Part shown: in pieces, positions 30,351 to 40,409 of the stretch
Position numbering within the stretch: the stretch's first letter is position 1
How the letters are laid out: each line of letters starts with the position of its first letter
DNA from: a bacterium
GTDB taxonomy: Bacteria; UBA8248; JACPRG01; G963555815
Assembly (NCBI GenBank): GCA_965261595.1
Contig: CBDHDG010000005.1
Span: forward strand, 544,001-608,000
Length of the DNA: 64,000 nucleotides
Direction of reading: 5' to 3'
Program-made: the position numbers and the translations under genes
The notes under the pieces: generated by a model
What the model was told of the DNA's origin: nothing
What the model saw: only the letters and a program-made list of their open reading frames with translations
Database searches by the model: none

Positions 30351-30857
30351 CTATGGCCTTGCGTCCGTATCGCCGGGATCGGGACGCATCCGCGCCGCGA
30401 GCTCCGTCGATGACCGGGTCTTCGGGTCTCCGGTGATGGCGGTCTCGCCGCCGTACTCCAGCACGACGTCCCGCTCGGGGACGGTTTCGACGGTGTATTC
30501 CGTTCCCTTGGCGTGGACGTGGGGTTTCAGGCGCCTCAGCAGGCGGCTGACGTCCCCTTCCCCGAACAGGATGAGGTGATCCACGCAAGAAAGGGCCGAG
30601 AGGATCTCCAACCGGTCCTCCTGCGTCATCCACGGCCGGCCTTCTCCCTTCAGGGCGCGGGCGGAGGCGTCGTCGTTGACGGCGACGATGAGAACGTCCC
30701 CCAGGGCGCGGGCCTCCCTCAGATAACGGATGTGGCCCACGTGCAGGACATCGAAGCACCCGTTGGCGAATACAACGCGGCGCCGCCGCGCCTTCAGGCG
30801 CTCGACCGTTTCGGCCAGGGCCTCGGCGGTCAGGATCTTGGAGGTTTCCTCCGTCAC
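30351..30857 (-). CDS. Heptose-1-phosphate adenylyltransferase (HldE domain II)
   Basis: VFANGCFDVLHVGHIRYL, LKGEGRP. Confidence 0.88.
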   Translation of the reverse strand: MTEETSKILTAEALAETVERLKARRRRVVFANGCFDVLHVGHIRYLREARALGDVLIVAVNDDASARALKGEGRPWMTQEDRLEILSALSCVDHLILFGEGDVSRLLRRLKPHVHAKGTEYTVETVPERDVVLEYGGETAITGDPKTRSSTELAARMRPDPGDTDARP

Positions 30858-31861
30858 AGGACCTCCAGCAGCTCCCGTTGAGACACCGTGGCCGTTCCGC
30901 GTTTCATGACGACGAGTCCCCCGGCGATGTTGGCCAGCCGGGCGGCCTCCGGCATGCCGGCCTCCGCGGCCAGCGAGAGGCAGAAGGTTCCGATCACCGT
31001 GTCGCCCGCGCCCGTGACATCGGTCACGTCGTCTCCGCCGAAGATGTCCAGGGATTGGGGAGGGCGTCCCGCCTCGAAGAGGACCATTCCGTGTTTCCCC
31101 CGGGTGAGGAGGAGCCCCTGAATTCCCATTTGCTCGCGCAGCGCTTCGGTCTCGCGGAAGAGCTTGTCATCGTCGTCCGCCGCGCCCGCCGGGCCGCCCA
31201 GCACCGCGCTCATCTCCTCCTCGTTGGGCGTCACCGCCGTCACGCCGTGAAAGCCGCGCAGGTTATAGCGGGAGTCCACGAGGACGGGGAGTCCGCCGTT
31301 CGCGGCGCGCTTGTCTTTCGCCAGGGCGTTCACCGCGCGGAGGACCTCCGGCCCCACCGCGCCCAGGCCGTAGTCGGAGATCAGGATCGCGTCGGCCGTC
31401 TCCGCCCGCTCTCTCAGCGCCCTGGCCAGCCGATCGGCGGCCTCGCGGGGAACCCCGCCTTCTCCTTCCCGGTCGATGCGGATCACCTGCTGCATCGCGG
31501 TGTTGGTCTGTCCGGCCAGGATCCGCATCTTGACGGTCGTTTCGATTTCCGGCAGCCGCTCGACGCCCGAGGCGTCGATGCCGTGTTCTCGCAGGAGGTC
31601 CGAAACCTCCCGGCCGGCGTCGTCGTCGCCCAACAGTCCCAGGACGGAGACCTCGCCGCCCAGGGCCCGGATGTTGTTGGCGGCGTTGCCCGCGCCCCCG
31701 AGCTTCACCTCCCGGGAGCGGCGCCGCAGGATCAGGACGGGCGCTTCCCGGGAGACGCGATGGGCCGTTCCCAGGAGGTATTCGTCCGCGATCAGGTCGC
31801 CCAGGACCAGGACGCGCCGGCCCCCGAAGGCTTGCGCCTGGCCGCGTAGGTCGGTGTCCAT
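30854..31861 (-). CDS. Heptose-7-phosphate kinase (HldE domain I)
   Basis: GDLIADEY, RVSREAPV, GGAGNAA, SDYG, DVTGAGDTV, VVMKRGTA. Confidence 0.88.
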   Translation of the reverse strand: MDTDLRGQAQAFGGRRVLVLGDLIADEYLLGTAHRVSREAPVLILRRRSREVKLGGAGNAANNIRALGGEVSVLGLLGDDDAGREVSDLLREHGIDASGVERLPEIETTVKMRILAGQTNTAMQQVIRIDREGEGGVPREAADRLARALRERAETADAILISDYGLGAVGPEVLRAVNALAKDKRAANGGLPVLVDSRYNLRGFHGVTAVTPNEEEMSAVLGGPAGAADDDDKLFRETEALREQMGIQGLLLTRGKHGMVLFEAGRPPQSLDIFGGDDVTDVTGAGDTVIGTFCLSLAAEAGMPEAARLANIAGGLVVMKRGTATVSQRELLEVL

Positions 31862-32469
31862 CAGTCCTCCTTCACCCCCAGGTCGCTCAGGATCCAGCGT
31901 GCGGCCTCGATCAGGTCTTCCACGATCGCGTCCGGCGGAGACGGCCACCCCGACCCGTTCCAGCGCCACTCGCCCCGGCCGTACCCCGTCAGGACCAGAA
32001 TCCCCCGCGCGCCGATCCGCGCCGCCAGCTCGAGGTCCCCCGCCCGGTCCCCCACAACGTAGCTTCGCGCCAGATCCAGGCTTAGGTCCTCGGACGCCCG
32101 ATGGGCCAGACCCGGCCGGGGTTTCCGGCACTCGCTGTCCCGGTTGTAGGGCGCGACATTGCCGTGCGGGTGATAAGGGGAGTGGTAATGCGCGTCGATG
32201 TGCGCGCCGGATTCCGCCAGCCGGCCCTCGATCTCGCGCCGGACCTCGTCGACGAAGGACTCGGGAAAGTAGCCCGCGCCCACGCCCCCCTGGTTCGTGA
32301 CCACGGCGACGGGGATCCCGGCGGCGTTCAGCATCCGGATTCCCTCGGCGCTCCCGGGCAGAAGGGCCAGGCGGCTGATGTGATTGAGGTAACCCATCTC
32401 TTCACAAAGGGTCCCGTCCCGGTTCAGGAGGACGCCCGGTCTCAGGGGGGAGGGGGGGGGGGTATCCAT
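31861..32469 (-). CDS. gmhB: Heptose 1,7-bisphosphate phosphatase (HAD) with atypical motif I
   Basis: LNRDGTL, VTNQGGV, CRKPRPG, VGDRAGD; lies between waaF and the heptose kinase. Confidence 0.82.
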   Translation of the reverse strand: MDTPPPSPLRPGVLLNRDGTLCEEMGYLNHISRLALLPGSAEGIRMLNAAGIPVAVVTNQGGVGAGYFPESFVDEVRREIEGRLAESGAHIDAHYHSPYHPHGNVAPYNRDSECRKPRPGLAHRASEDLSLDLARSYVVGDRAGDLELAARIGARGILVLTGYGRGEWRWNGSGWPSPPDAIVEDLIEAARWILSDLGVKED

Positions 32470-33502
32470 GGCTCACTCCCGCGCCCGCCCGGCTGGAAGC
32501 GGAGACGCGGAGGATGTTCCGGACGGCCCGGCAGACTTCATCCACGGCCGTCTCCTCCATGCATTCGTGGCCGTAAGGGCACTGTTTCAGGAAGCAGGGC
32601 GAGCAGGACAGGTCGCGCCGCAGGACGGTGTGGCGGTCCCCCAGCGGTCCGGTGCGTTCCGGGTCGGTCGGTCCGAACAGGGCCACAACGGGCGTTCCAA
32701 CGGCAGCGGCGATATGCATCGGGCCGGTGTCTCCGGTCAACAGGACGGAGAACCGCTGGAGCAGGGCGGGGAGGAAGGCCAACCGGTCTTTTCCCGCCAG
32801 ATCCACGGACCCGGTTTTCATGAGCGACGCGATCCGGGCGGTCAGCGGACCCTCTTCCGGGCTTCCGAGCAGGACGATGCGGACCCCCTCGGATTCGGCC
32901 AGCTCGTCCGCCGCCGCGGCGAACCGCTCGGCCGGCCAAAGCTTCGTGGCCCCGAATTTCGCCCCCGGCTGAATCCCAACGACCGGCTCTTCGGGATCGA
33001 TTCCGTGCTGGAGGAAGACCTCACCGGCAAAGGTTTCGGCCTCCCGGGAGACGGCGACGCGGGGGGTGCGGGAGGTGACGCTCACGCCGGCCGCCTCCAG
33101 GAGCCCCAGGTATTCGTCCACCTGATGCCGTCCGCCGCCGCGGGGGGGGGGGCGGGGGACCGGGTCCGTGAGGAGGATGGACCGGCCGTCCCGTCGGTAT
33201 CCGACCCGCCGGCGCGCTCCGGCGGCGAGGGCCAGCAGGGCCCCCCGAATCGAGTTGGGCAGGATGAACGCAAGGTCCATCCGGTCCCGCCTGAAGGAGG
33301 CGGCGGCGCGGAAATCCGCCGCCCCTCCGGGCCGAAGCCGAAGCGCGTCCACGTCGGGATGGCCGATCAGGATGTCCCCGGCCCAGACCGTGGACAGGCA
33401 ATGGATCTTCGCGGCCGGAAAGGCCGAGCGCAGGTTCGCGAGGACGGGGGTCGCCAGGACGGTGTCGCCCACCCAGGTCGGCCCCACGATGAGGATGTTC
33501 AT
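32402..33502 (-). CDS. waaF: LPS heptosyltransferase II (GT9)
   Basis: MNILIVGPTWVGD, LPNS, PGAKFGATKLWP, DTGPMHIAAA, CSPCFLKQCP. Confidence 0.88.
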   Translation of the reverse strand: MNILIVGPTWVGDTVLATPVLANLRSAFPAAKIHCLSTVWAGDILIGHPDVDALRLRPGGAADFRAAASFRRDRMDLAFILPNSIRGALLALAAGARRRVGYRRDGRSILLTDPVPRPPPRGGGRHQVDEYLGLLEAAGVSVTSRTPRVAVSREAETFAGEVFLQHGIDPEEPVVGIQPGAKFGATKLWPAERFAAAADELAESEGVRIVLLGSPEEGPLTARIASLMKTGSVDLAGKDRLAFLPALLQRFSVLLTGDTGPMHIAAAVGTPVVALFGPTDPERTGPLGDRHTVLRRDLSCSPCFLKQCPYGHECMEETAVDEVCRAVRNILRVSASSRAGAGVSHGYPPPLPPETGRPPEPGRDPL

Positions 33503-34521
33503 GGGGAAACCCCCGATCCGTCCGTCCGGCCCGCACCGGAGGCGCCCGCGGGAAGTCCGCCGCCGGCGGGCGCGGCGCGGCGTCCGTCGGCCGGGCCGGG
33601 CGCGGCTTGGGTCCGCCACCTCCGGTGTATCCAGAGCCAGTGATCGGGGTGCGCCCGGATGGCGTCTTCGACCGCTTGGGTGTGCCGCGCGGTGTTGGCC
33701 TCGAGATCGGCTTGAAGGTCTCCGGTCCGAATGGTTGGGATCTCCCGGCCGAAGACCAGGCGGTGCCGGAAGGGGGCCTGCCGGATGATAAAGCCCGGGA
33801 ATACGGCGGCCCCGGTCCGCAGGGCGAGCGCGGCCGACAGGGGCGTGGTGCACGCCGGTTTCCCGAAGAAGTCGACGAACACCCCCTCGCGGTGGATCAT
33901 GTTCTGGTCGATGAGGACCCCCAACATCTCTCCGGCCCGCAGCCGCCGGAGGGCGTTGCGGACGATTCCCCGCCGCGTGAGCACCCGGCATCCGTAACGG
34001 CCGCGAAGCCTGTTCAGGGATTGATCCAGCAAGCGGTTGTCGAGGGGCCGAACGATCAAGTTGATTGGCCCATGCGCCCGCGCCCAGGTGAGGAGCATCA
34101 GCTCGAAGTTGCCGAAGTGGCCCGTTACGGCGATCACCCCGCGGCCCTGCGCGAGGGCGTCGAGGAGGGGGCGGTCGCCTTCGATCTCGACCCGGTCGAT
34201 GGCCCCGTCGAGGCCCTTCCGACGCCAAGTCCGGGCCCACTCCACGAAGGTCAAGGCCCACTGGCGATAGGCGCTCCGGACGATGCTCTCCTCCGCCTCC
34301 GGCGTGTTCTCGCCGTGAAAGGCGGCGGCCAGGTTCTCCCTGACCACGGGAAGCCGGATCCCGAGTTTGACCGCGGCCTTCGCGGCGGTTTCGGCCAGGG
34401 CGACGGATTGCCGTTCCCCCGGCGCGCTCAAAGCGAAAACCAGGGAGCGCAAAGCGGCCCACTCGAGGACATCCAGGGTCCGGGAGTGAAAATTTCTCTT
34501 TTTTCTGCGCCTTTTTCCCAT
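33499..34521 (-). CDS. Lipid A secondary acyltransferase (LpxL/HtrB family)
   Basis: HFGNFE (HX4E), DQN..EGVFVDFFG, PDHWLWIHRRWR. Confidence 0.9.
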   Translation of the reverse strand: MGKRRRKKRNFHSRTLDVLEWAALRSLVFALSAPGERQSVALAETAAKAAVKLGIRLPVVRENLAAAFHGENTPEAEESIVRSAYRQWALTFVEWARTWRRKGLDGAIDRVEIEGDRPLLDALAQGRGVIAVTGHFGNFELMLLTWARAHGPINLIVRPLDNRLLDQSLNRLRGRYGCRVLTRRGIVRNALRRLRAGEMLGVLIDQNMIHREGVFVDFFGKPACTTPLSAALALRTGAAVFPGFIIRQAPFRHRLVFGREIPTIRTGDLQADLEANTARHTQAVEDAIRAHPDHWLWIHRRWRTQAAPGPADGRRAAPAGGGLPAGASGAGRTDGSGVSP

Positions 34522-34559
34522 TGCGGCGCGATGCCAATCCTTAGGATGTACGACGGGTT

Positions 34560-34589
34560 ATTAAACCAAGACAGCGAATTCCTTGTCAA
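34560..34589 (-). promoter_or_regulatory. Candidate sigma70 promoter of the LPS core operon
   Basis: TTGACA (34589-34584), 18 nt, TTTAAT preceded by TGn, in an AT-rich divergent spacer. Confidence 0.4.
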
Positions 34590-34695
34590 TATGGTCCATT
34601 TGGGACCGGACGCAAAATGCTTTCAAAATCAATTAGTTTTAAGCTTCAGGGGGGGAAGCGGCATTTCCTTTACTTCCTCGGATCACTGAATTAAT

Positions 34696-35937
34696 ATGCC
34701 GGGAAATCCGGAGGGATCTCCTTTGCGCATCATCACACGCTACATCTTCAAAGAACTGGCCTCCTACATGATGATGGGGCTGCTGATTTTCACCTTTGTC
34801 CTGTTCATGAACCAGATTCTCCACTTTACTGACCTGGTGATCAACAAAGGCTTGCCCTTCGGGACGGTGTTCAAGATGATGCTGGTGATTTCCCCTTCGT
34901 TTCTCCTCGTAACGATTCCGATGGCGTTTCTGGTCTCCACGGTGATGACGTTCAGCCGGATGTCGGCCGACAGCGAGAACGTCGCCCTCCGCGCGGTGGG
35001 CATGAGCTTTTACCGCCAGCTTGCGCCGGTGGGGATCTTGTCCATCCTCTGCTATCTGGCTTCCAACTTCCTGGTGTTTTACGCCTTGCCCTGGAGCGAG
35101 GACCAGTTCAACGAGCTCCGCTTCAAGTTGGTCAATGCGGGCGCCGCGACGACCTCCATCAAGGAGCGGGTGTTCAACGACGACTTCGACGGGTTGATCC
35201 TCTATGTCAACGAAAAGCCGGCGCAAGAGGAGGTCATGAAGGGGATCTTGATTTATGACAGCCGTACACAGGAGAATCCGCAGACCATCGTTGCGGAAGA
35301 GGGTGTTCTGGTCTCCAACCCGGAATCGCTCAAGGTGTCGCTACGGCTGCGAAACGGATCGATCCATCAGGCCATGGAGGCGCAGGGCAAGTATCAGGTC
35401 ATCCGGTTCACCACCTACGAGGTCAACCTGGACACCCGGTCCCTGATGGGCGACACCGGCAAACTGGAACGCGCCGGCAAGAACCATTCCCTGTATGTGA
35501 TCCGGGAAAAACTGAAGCGGTACAAAAAGGACAACCCGAGGTACAACAACCTCCTGGTGGAGTATTACAAGAAATTCTCTCTGCCGGCCGTGTGTCTGAT
35601 CATCGGTTTTGTGGGCGCCCCCTTGGGCATCCGAAACCGGCGGTCGGGGAGATCCGGAGGGCTGGCCCTCAGCCTCGCCATCATCATTTTCTACTATGTC
35701 ATGCTCTCCATGGGAGAGGGTCTCGGAGACGGCGGATTCATGCCCCCCCTGATAGCCATGTGGTTTCCGAATTTGGTGCTGGCCGCCATCGGATTTTATC
35801 TCACGCGCAAGGTCCAGACGGACTCCCCCTTCCAGTTCGCCGAAACGATCGCTGAGCGCATGGAGGTGTTGCTGGCGGCGCTGCGGACGAAGTTCTTTCC
35901 ACAAGGGCTGAAACCGGAGAAAGGAGGACAGGCGTGA
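34696..35937 (+). CDS. lptF: LPS export ABC permease LptF
   Basis: RIITRYIFKE, RMSADSE, 3+3 TM layout with periplasmic domain, AMWFPN. Confidence 0.9.
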   Translation: MPGNPEGSPLRIITRYIFKELASYMMMGLLIFTFVLFMNQILHFTDLVINKGLPFGTVFKMMLVISPSFLLVTIPMAFLVSTVMTFSRMSADSENVALRAVGMSFYRQLAPVGILSILCYLASNFLVFYALPWSEDQFNELRFKLVNAGAATTSIKERVFNDDFDGLILYVNEKPAQEEVMKGILIYDSRTQENPQTIVAEEGVLVSNPESLKVSLRLRNGSIHQAMEAQGKYQVIRFTTYEVNLDTRSLMGDTGKLERAGKNHSLYVIREKLKRYKKDNPRYNNLLVEYYKKFSLPAVCLIIGFVGAPLGIRNRRSGRSGGLALSLAIIIFYYVMLSMGEGLGDGGFMPPLIAMWFPNLVLAAIGFYLTRKVQTDSPFQFAETIAERMEVLLAALRTKFFPQGLKPEKGGQA

Positions 35938-37016
35938 GGTTGGTGACCCGCTATGTGGGCGCCCAGTTTCTTCGCGTCTTTCTGGTCGGTCTCCTGGCAT
36001 TTCTCGCCATCTACCTGATTGTCGAGTTTTTTGAGCGCGTCGACGATTTCCTGGAAAAGGGGACCCCGTTCCGGCAGGCCGTCGGCTATTTCGTATACAA
36101 GATCCCCCAGATTCTCATGCAAATCAGCCCGGCGGCCATCCTCCTCGCGTCGGTGTTCTCCCTGCTGATCCTGGGACACAACAACGAGATTACGGCCATG
36201 CGGGCCTGCGGCCTGAGCCTGTACCGGATCTCCCTGCCCATCCTGGTCTTGGGGGCGATCGGAAGCGGTCTGTTGTTCTTCGCGGGGGAGTACCTGCTCC
36301 CGATCACCAATAAGAAGGTCAACTACATCATTCAGGTCTACGTCAAAAAGCGGCCCCCGAAGGGCGTCATCCGGAAGAATAAGATCTGGTATCGGTCGGA
36401 TAACCGGACCATCTGGCAAATCGAATCCTTCGATCCGGACCGCAATATTCTCAAGGGCGTCACCTTGTACCGCCTGTCCACCGAGGGCCGGCTCCTGGAG
36501 CGGCTCGACGCCAAAACGGTGACCTGGGACGGCAAGCTGTGGATATTCCGGGACGGACAGCACCGGAAATTCCCGCGCAAAGGCCAGTTGGAGTCCCAGG
36601 CCTTCACCGAAGCCCAGGTTGATATCCCCGAGCGGCCCAAAGACTTTCTGCAAATCAAGAAAGAGCCCGGTGAGATGGACCTGGGCGAGATGCGGGAATA
36701 CATCCGGGGCCTGCGCGCCAACGGCGTGGACGAAACCAAGTACGTTGTGGACTTCCACGCCAAGCTCGCCTACCCCCTGGTGGGGCTGATTATGGCGCTG
36801 GTGGGCATCCCGTTCTCCCTGGAAACGGGGCGCAGCGGCGGACTCGCCCGAAGCATCCTCTTGACCCTGGCGATCGGGTTCAGTTACTTCATCCTCTTTT
36901 ACGCGGGCCTTTCCCTCGGGCACGCGGGGATTCTCCCGGCCATCATCGCCGCCTGGTCGACCAACGTCATCTTCCTGGCCACCGGCGTCTACATGATGGC
37001 GACGGTCCGGGGATAG
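35934..37016 (+). CDS. lptG: LPS export ABC permease LptG
   Basis: MRLVTRY, NNEITAMRACG, AAWSTN; GTGA overlap with lptF. Confidence 0.9.
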   Translation: MRLVTRYVGAQFLRVFLVGLLAFLAIYLIVEFFERVDDFLEKGTPFRQAVGYFVYKIPQILMQISPAAILLASVFSLLILGHNNEITAMRACGLSLYRISLPILVLGAIGSGLLFFAGEYLLPITNKKVNYIIQVYVKKRPPKGVIRKNKIWYRSDNRTIWQIESFDPDRNILKGVTLYRLSTEGRLLERLDAKTVTWDGKLWIFRDGQHRKFPRKGQLESQAFTEAQVDIPERPKDFLQIKKEPGEMDLGEMREYIRGLRANGVDETKYVVDFHAKLAYPLVGLIMALVGIPFSLETGRSGGLARSILLTLAIGFSYFILFYAGLSLGHAGILPAIIAAWSTNVIFLATGVYMMATVRG

Positions 37017-37050
37017 GAACGGCCGCGACACCCGCTCACCCCCCCGGCGG

Positions 37051-38202
37051 TCAGCCGGGGCCGCGCGTCCAGTCCTCCCAATGCGGCTCGCCCGAGAGGA
37101 TCTCGAGCCGAAGCCGCAGCGACCAGGCGGGCGGATCCCCCCCCCCCCCCCTTTTTTCTCCCCCCGGCCAAAGCCGGAGCTTGACCGCGTCCTTTTCCGT
37201 GGTGAGCAGACCCTCGGCGCCGGCCGTCCTCGCGCGCTCGCGCAGGTGCGCCGCCTCCGCCGGGGTGTACACGTGATGGTCGGGGAACGACGCAAGACCC
37301 GCCACTTCGAGCCCGGCTTGGATGGCTGTTTGCCGAAAACCCGACGGACGCGCAATCCCGCAGACCAGGAAGACACGCTTGCCGATCGGGTCGATCTCCT
37401 CGCCGGATTCCAGGTCCCGGACGCCGTCGGGAACGAAGCGGCTGACGACGATGGGCAGCGCGGGATATTCCCGCCGGAGCCGCGCTTGCGTTTCGGGTTC
37501 CGGCGAATCGGCGCGGGTGATCAGGATGCCGTCGGCGCGGGCGGACGCCCCTCGCGGCTCGCGCAGCGTCCCGCGGGGGAGCAGGCGCCCGTTTCCGTAG
37601 GGCCGGTCGGCGTCCAAGAGAAGGAGGTTCAGATCCCGGTCCAGCTGGACGTGCTGAAACCCGTCGTCGAGGAGGACCCCTTCCACGCCGAACTCGGCCG
37701 CCGCGCGCTCGCCCAACGCGTATCGATCCTTGCCCGTCAGGACGGGAACGCCGGGCAGGCGGGAAGCCAGCAGATACGCCTCGTCCGCGGCCTCGGGGGG
37801 GTGAACCCGGAGGTTCTCTCCGTCCGAGACGACCGTCACCGGTCCGGGCGCCCGTCCCCCCCACCCGCGGCTCAGGACGGCCACCTTCCGTCCCCGCCGG
37901 GTCAGCGCCCGGGCCACCGAAAGGACCACCGGCGTCTTCCCGGTCCCCCCCGCCGTGAGGTTGCCGACGCTGATCACCCAGCAGGGCAGCTTCCGCGTTT
38001 TGAAGATCCCCGCCCGATAGGCGGACATTCGGGACGCGTGCCCCGCGCCGTAGAGCCAGGAGGCGGCGAGGAGGCCGCCCTTCACGATTTTCCCCCACGG
38101 GCCGCCCGGCAGCCGGTCTTCCTGCAAGGCGATCCCCGTTCGTCCGGCCCCGGCGGCCCCGGCCCTCCGCCATTTGGACCCGTTGGGAGGAGAGGGCGTC
38201 AC
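37051..38202 (-). CDS. lpxK: Tetraacyldisaccharide 4'-kinase
   Basis: ISVGNLTAGGTGKTP, LSRG, LDDGFQH, PRGTLRE, FPDHH, TTEKDAVK. Confidence 0.95.
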   Translation of the reverse strand: MTPSPPNGSKWRRAGAAGAGRTGIALQEDRLPGGPWGKIVKGGLLAASWLYGAGHASRMSAYRAGIFKTRKLPCWVISVGNLTAGGTGKTPVVLSVARALTRRGRKVAVLSRGWGGRAPGPVTVVSDGENLRVHPPEAADEAYLLASRLPGVPVLTGKDRYALGERAAAEFGVEGVLLDDGFQHVQLDRDLNLLLLDADRPYGNGRLLPRGTLREPRGASARADGILITRADSPEPETQARLRREYPALPIVVSRFVPDGVRDLESGEEIDPIGKRVFLVCGIARPSGFRQTAIQAGLEVAGLASFPDHHVYTPAEAAHLRERARTAGAEGLLTTEKDAVKLRLWPGGEKRGGGGDPPAWSLRLRLEILSGEPHWEDWTRGPG

Positions 38203-38204
38203 GC

Positions 38205-39549
38205 TCAGGTCCTCCCCGCGGAGATTTCGGCGACCCAGTCCGCGTAGCGCTCGGCGGCCCCCGCCTGGGCGCGGACGACGCGTCTGCCGCGATCGCCCAT
38301 CGCCCGGGCCGTTTCCGGGGAATCCAGGATCCGGCCGACCGCCTCCGCCAGCCGTGACGCGGCGCCGTCGAGGGGCCCGCTGATTTGGAGCGCCGCGGAC
38401 ATTCCCCCTCGCCCCTCTCCCCCCCCGGGGGGCGTTTCCAGCAAAGCCCGCGCGGCCTCTTCGAAATTCTCCATGTGTTCACCGAACAGGACGGGAATTC
38501 CGATCCCCGCCGGTTCCAGCGGATTCTGCCCCCCCCACGGAAACAGGCTGCCCCCCAAGAAGGCCACGTCGCCGGCGCGGTAGGCCCAGGCGAGCTCCCC
38601 CACTGTGTTCAGGATCACGACCGGCGCGCGGGCCGGTCCCCCCCCCCCCCCCTCCTTTCCGCAAAAGGTGCGGGACCTTCCGGCCGCGGAGCAGGTCCGC
38701 GACGGCCCCCGCGCGGTCCGGACGGCGCGGGGCCAGGATGAGCTGGAGGGACGGATGGGTTGTCAGAAGCGACCGGTAGGCGTCCACGACCGGGGCTTCT
38801 TCCTTGGGATGAACGCTCCCGGCCACCCAGACGGGCGCGTCCCCCGAAAGGCCCAGCGCCTTCCGGACGGCGGTTTTCTCCTCCGGCCCCGGCGGCTCCG
38901 ATTCGGCCGCGCCGTCGAATTTCAGGTTGCCCATCACGCGGACCCGCTCCGGGGGCGCGCCGAGGCGGGTGACGCGGCGCGCGTCGGCTTCGGACTGCGC
39001 GCCGAAGCCGGTCACCTTCGAGAGCGCCCGGGCCATCAAGGGCCGGACGCGGAGGTATCGCCGGAAGGAGCGGGGCGAGATCCTGCCGTTCACGATGACC
39101 GTCGGGATCCCTTCGGCGAAAAGACGCCACAGGAAGTTAGGCCAGATTTCGGTTTCCAGGACGACGACCAGGCGGGGCTTGACGCGGCGGACGGCCGCGG
39201 CCACCGGACCGGGGAGGTCGAGCGGAAAGTAAATTCGGGCGTCGGCCTCGGGGATCCGGCGGACGCCGGCCTCCCGCCCGGTTTCCGTCACCGTGGAAAG
39301 GACAAGCCGCCAACCGGGCAGTTTGCGTTTCAGCGCCTGGACGAAAGGGGCCGCCGCGTGGACCTCTCCCACGGACACGGCGTGCAGCCACACTGTGGGC
39401 GTGTCGCCGGGGGCGGCGGACAGATCGGGAAACCCCAGCCGGTCCCGAAGCCCCCGCCGGACCTTCCCCCGAAACAGGGCTTGAAAGATCCAGTAAGCGG
39501 CCAGGATCGGCAATCCCGCGGCCAGGAGCAGGTTGTAAAGAAAGTACAT
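38205..39549 (-). CDS. waaA: Kdo transferase, frameshifted as given at a G15 tract (38638-38652)
   Basis: WLHAVSVGE, ETEIWPN, GNLKFD in ORF 38479-39549; GELAWAY..GGSL..GGQNPLEPA in ORF 38205-38618; removing one G fuses them. Confidence 0.9.
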
Positions 39550-39632
39550 GTTTTACCGGTCTTTCCCGAAAAGGTCCCCGGCGGCTCCTTCAGGGAGGGG
39601 CTCCGGGGCCGCCGCCTCGCGACGCCGGGCGC

Positions 39633-40409
39633 TCACGGGCCTCCGCCCGGTGCGTTGGAGGGCTCCGGATCGGGCCCGCCGCCCGGACCCGGAGGCAGGG
39701 GTTTTTTTCGAACTGCCGCATCGGCCGCCTCGAGCGTCCAGGCCATTTCCGCCTCCAGCGCTCGGCGCTTTTCTTCCAGCAAGGCTTCGTCCGCGTCGGG
39801 CGGGACCCTCACCGGCCTGCCGAAGACCACGGCGACGCGGGTGAAAGGGCAGGGCAGGCAGAAGCGGTCCCAGCTTGCGAAGGTCTTTGCCCGCGCCGCG
39901 CCGAAGATGATGGGAATAATCGGCGCCCCCGTCCGGGCGGCGAGATGGATGATCCCCGGCTGGACGCGCCACGCCGGACCCCGGGGTCCATCGGAGGCCA
40001 TCCCGACGTCTTGCCCCGCCCGAAGGGTCTTGATCAACCGCCTCATGGCGGGCGCGCCGCCCTGCGAGGTGGATCCGCGAACGGTCCGGTATCCCAGGGC
40101 CCCCAGGACCCCGGAGAGGACCTCGCCGTCGCGGCTCCGGCTGATGAGGACCGAGGCCCTCGCCTTCCGCCGGAAGTAGGCCGGGTAGAGCATCCTTCCG
40201 TGCCAGAGGGAATAGATGCGGCCCGGCCGCCCGGGGACCCGGGAGGGCTCGCGCTCCGCAAACAGGACTTCGGCCCGGCAGGTCGCCGAGAGGGCGCGGA
40301 GCGCCGCGCCGATGATCCACCCCCCGCACCGGGGAAGGAGGCCGCCGGGACGGCCGGCCGGCGTTCCGAGCGGGCGCTCCCCGGCCGGAATTTCGTTTTT
40401 TTCCTTCAA
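39633..40409 (-). CDS. DUF374 lysophospholipid acyltransferase-family protein
   Basis: LWHG, SRSRDGE, RGSTSQGG, DGPRGP, SWDRFCLPCPF; TTG overlaps lpxB stop. Confidence 0.85.
   Translation of the reverse strand: MKEKNEIPAGERPLGTPAGRPGGLLPRCGGWIIGAALRALSATCRAEVLFAEREPSRVPGRPGRIYSLWHGRMLYPAYFRRKARASVLISRSRDGEVLSGVLGALGYRTVRGSTSQGGAPAMRRLIKTLRAGQDVGMASDGPRGPAWRVQPGIIHLAARTGAPIIPIIFGAARAKTFASWDRFCLPCPFTRVAVVFGRPVRVPPDADEALLEEKRRALEAEMAWTLEAADAAVRKKPLPPGPGGGPDPEPSNAPGGGP

Noticed and set aside
32402..34537. Apparent 711-aa waaF fusion
   Set aside because: The N-terminal half is an alternate frame over the acyltransferase gene; the real start is ATG 33502
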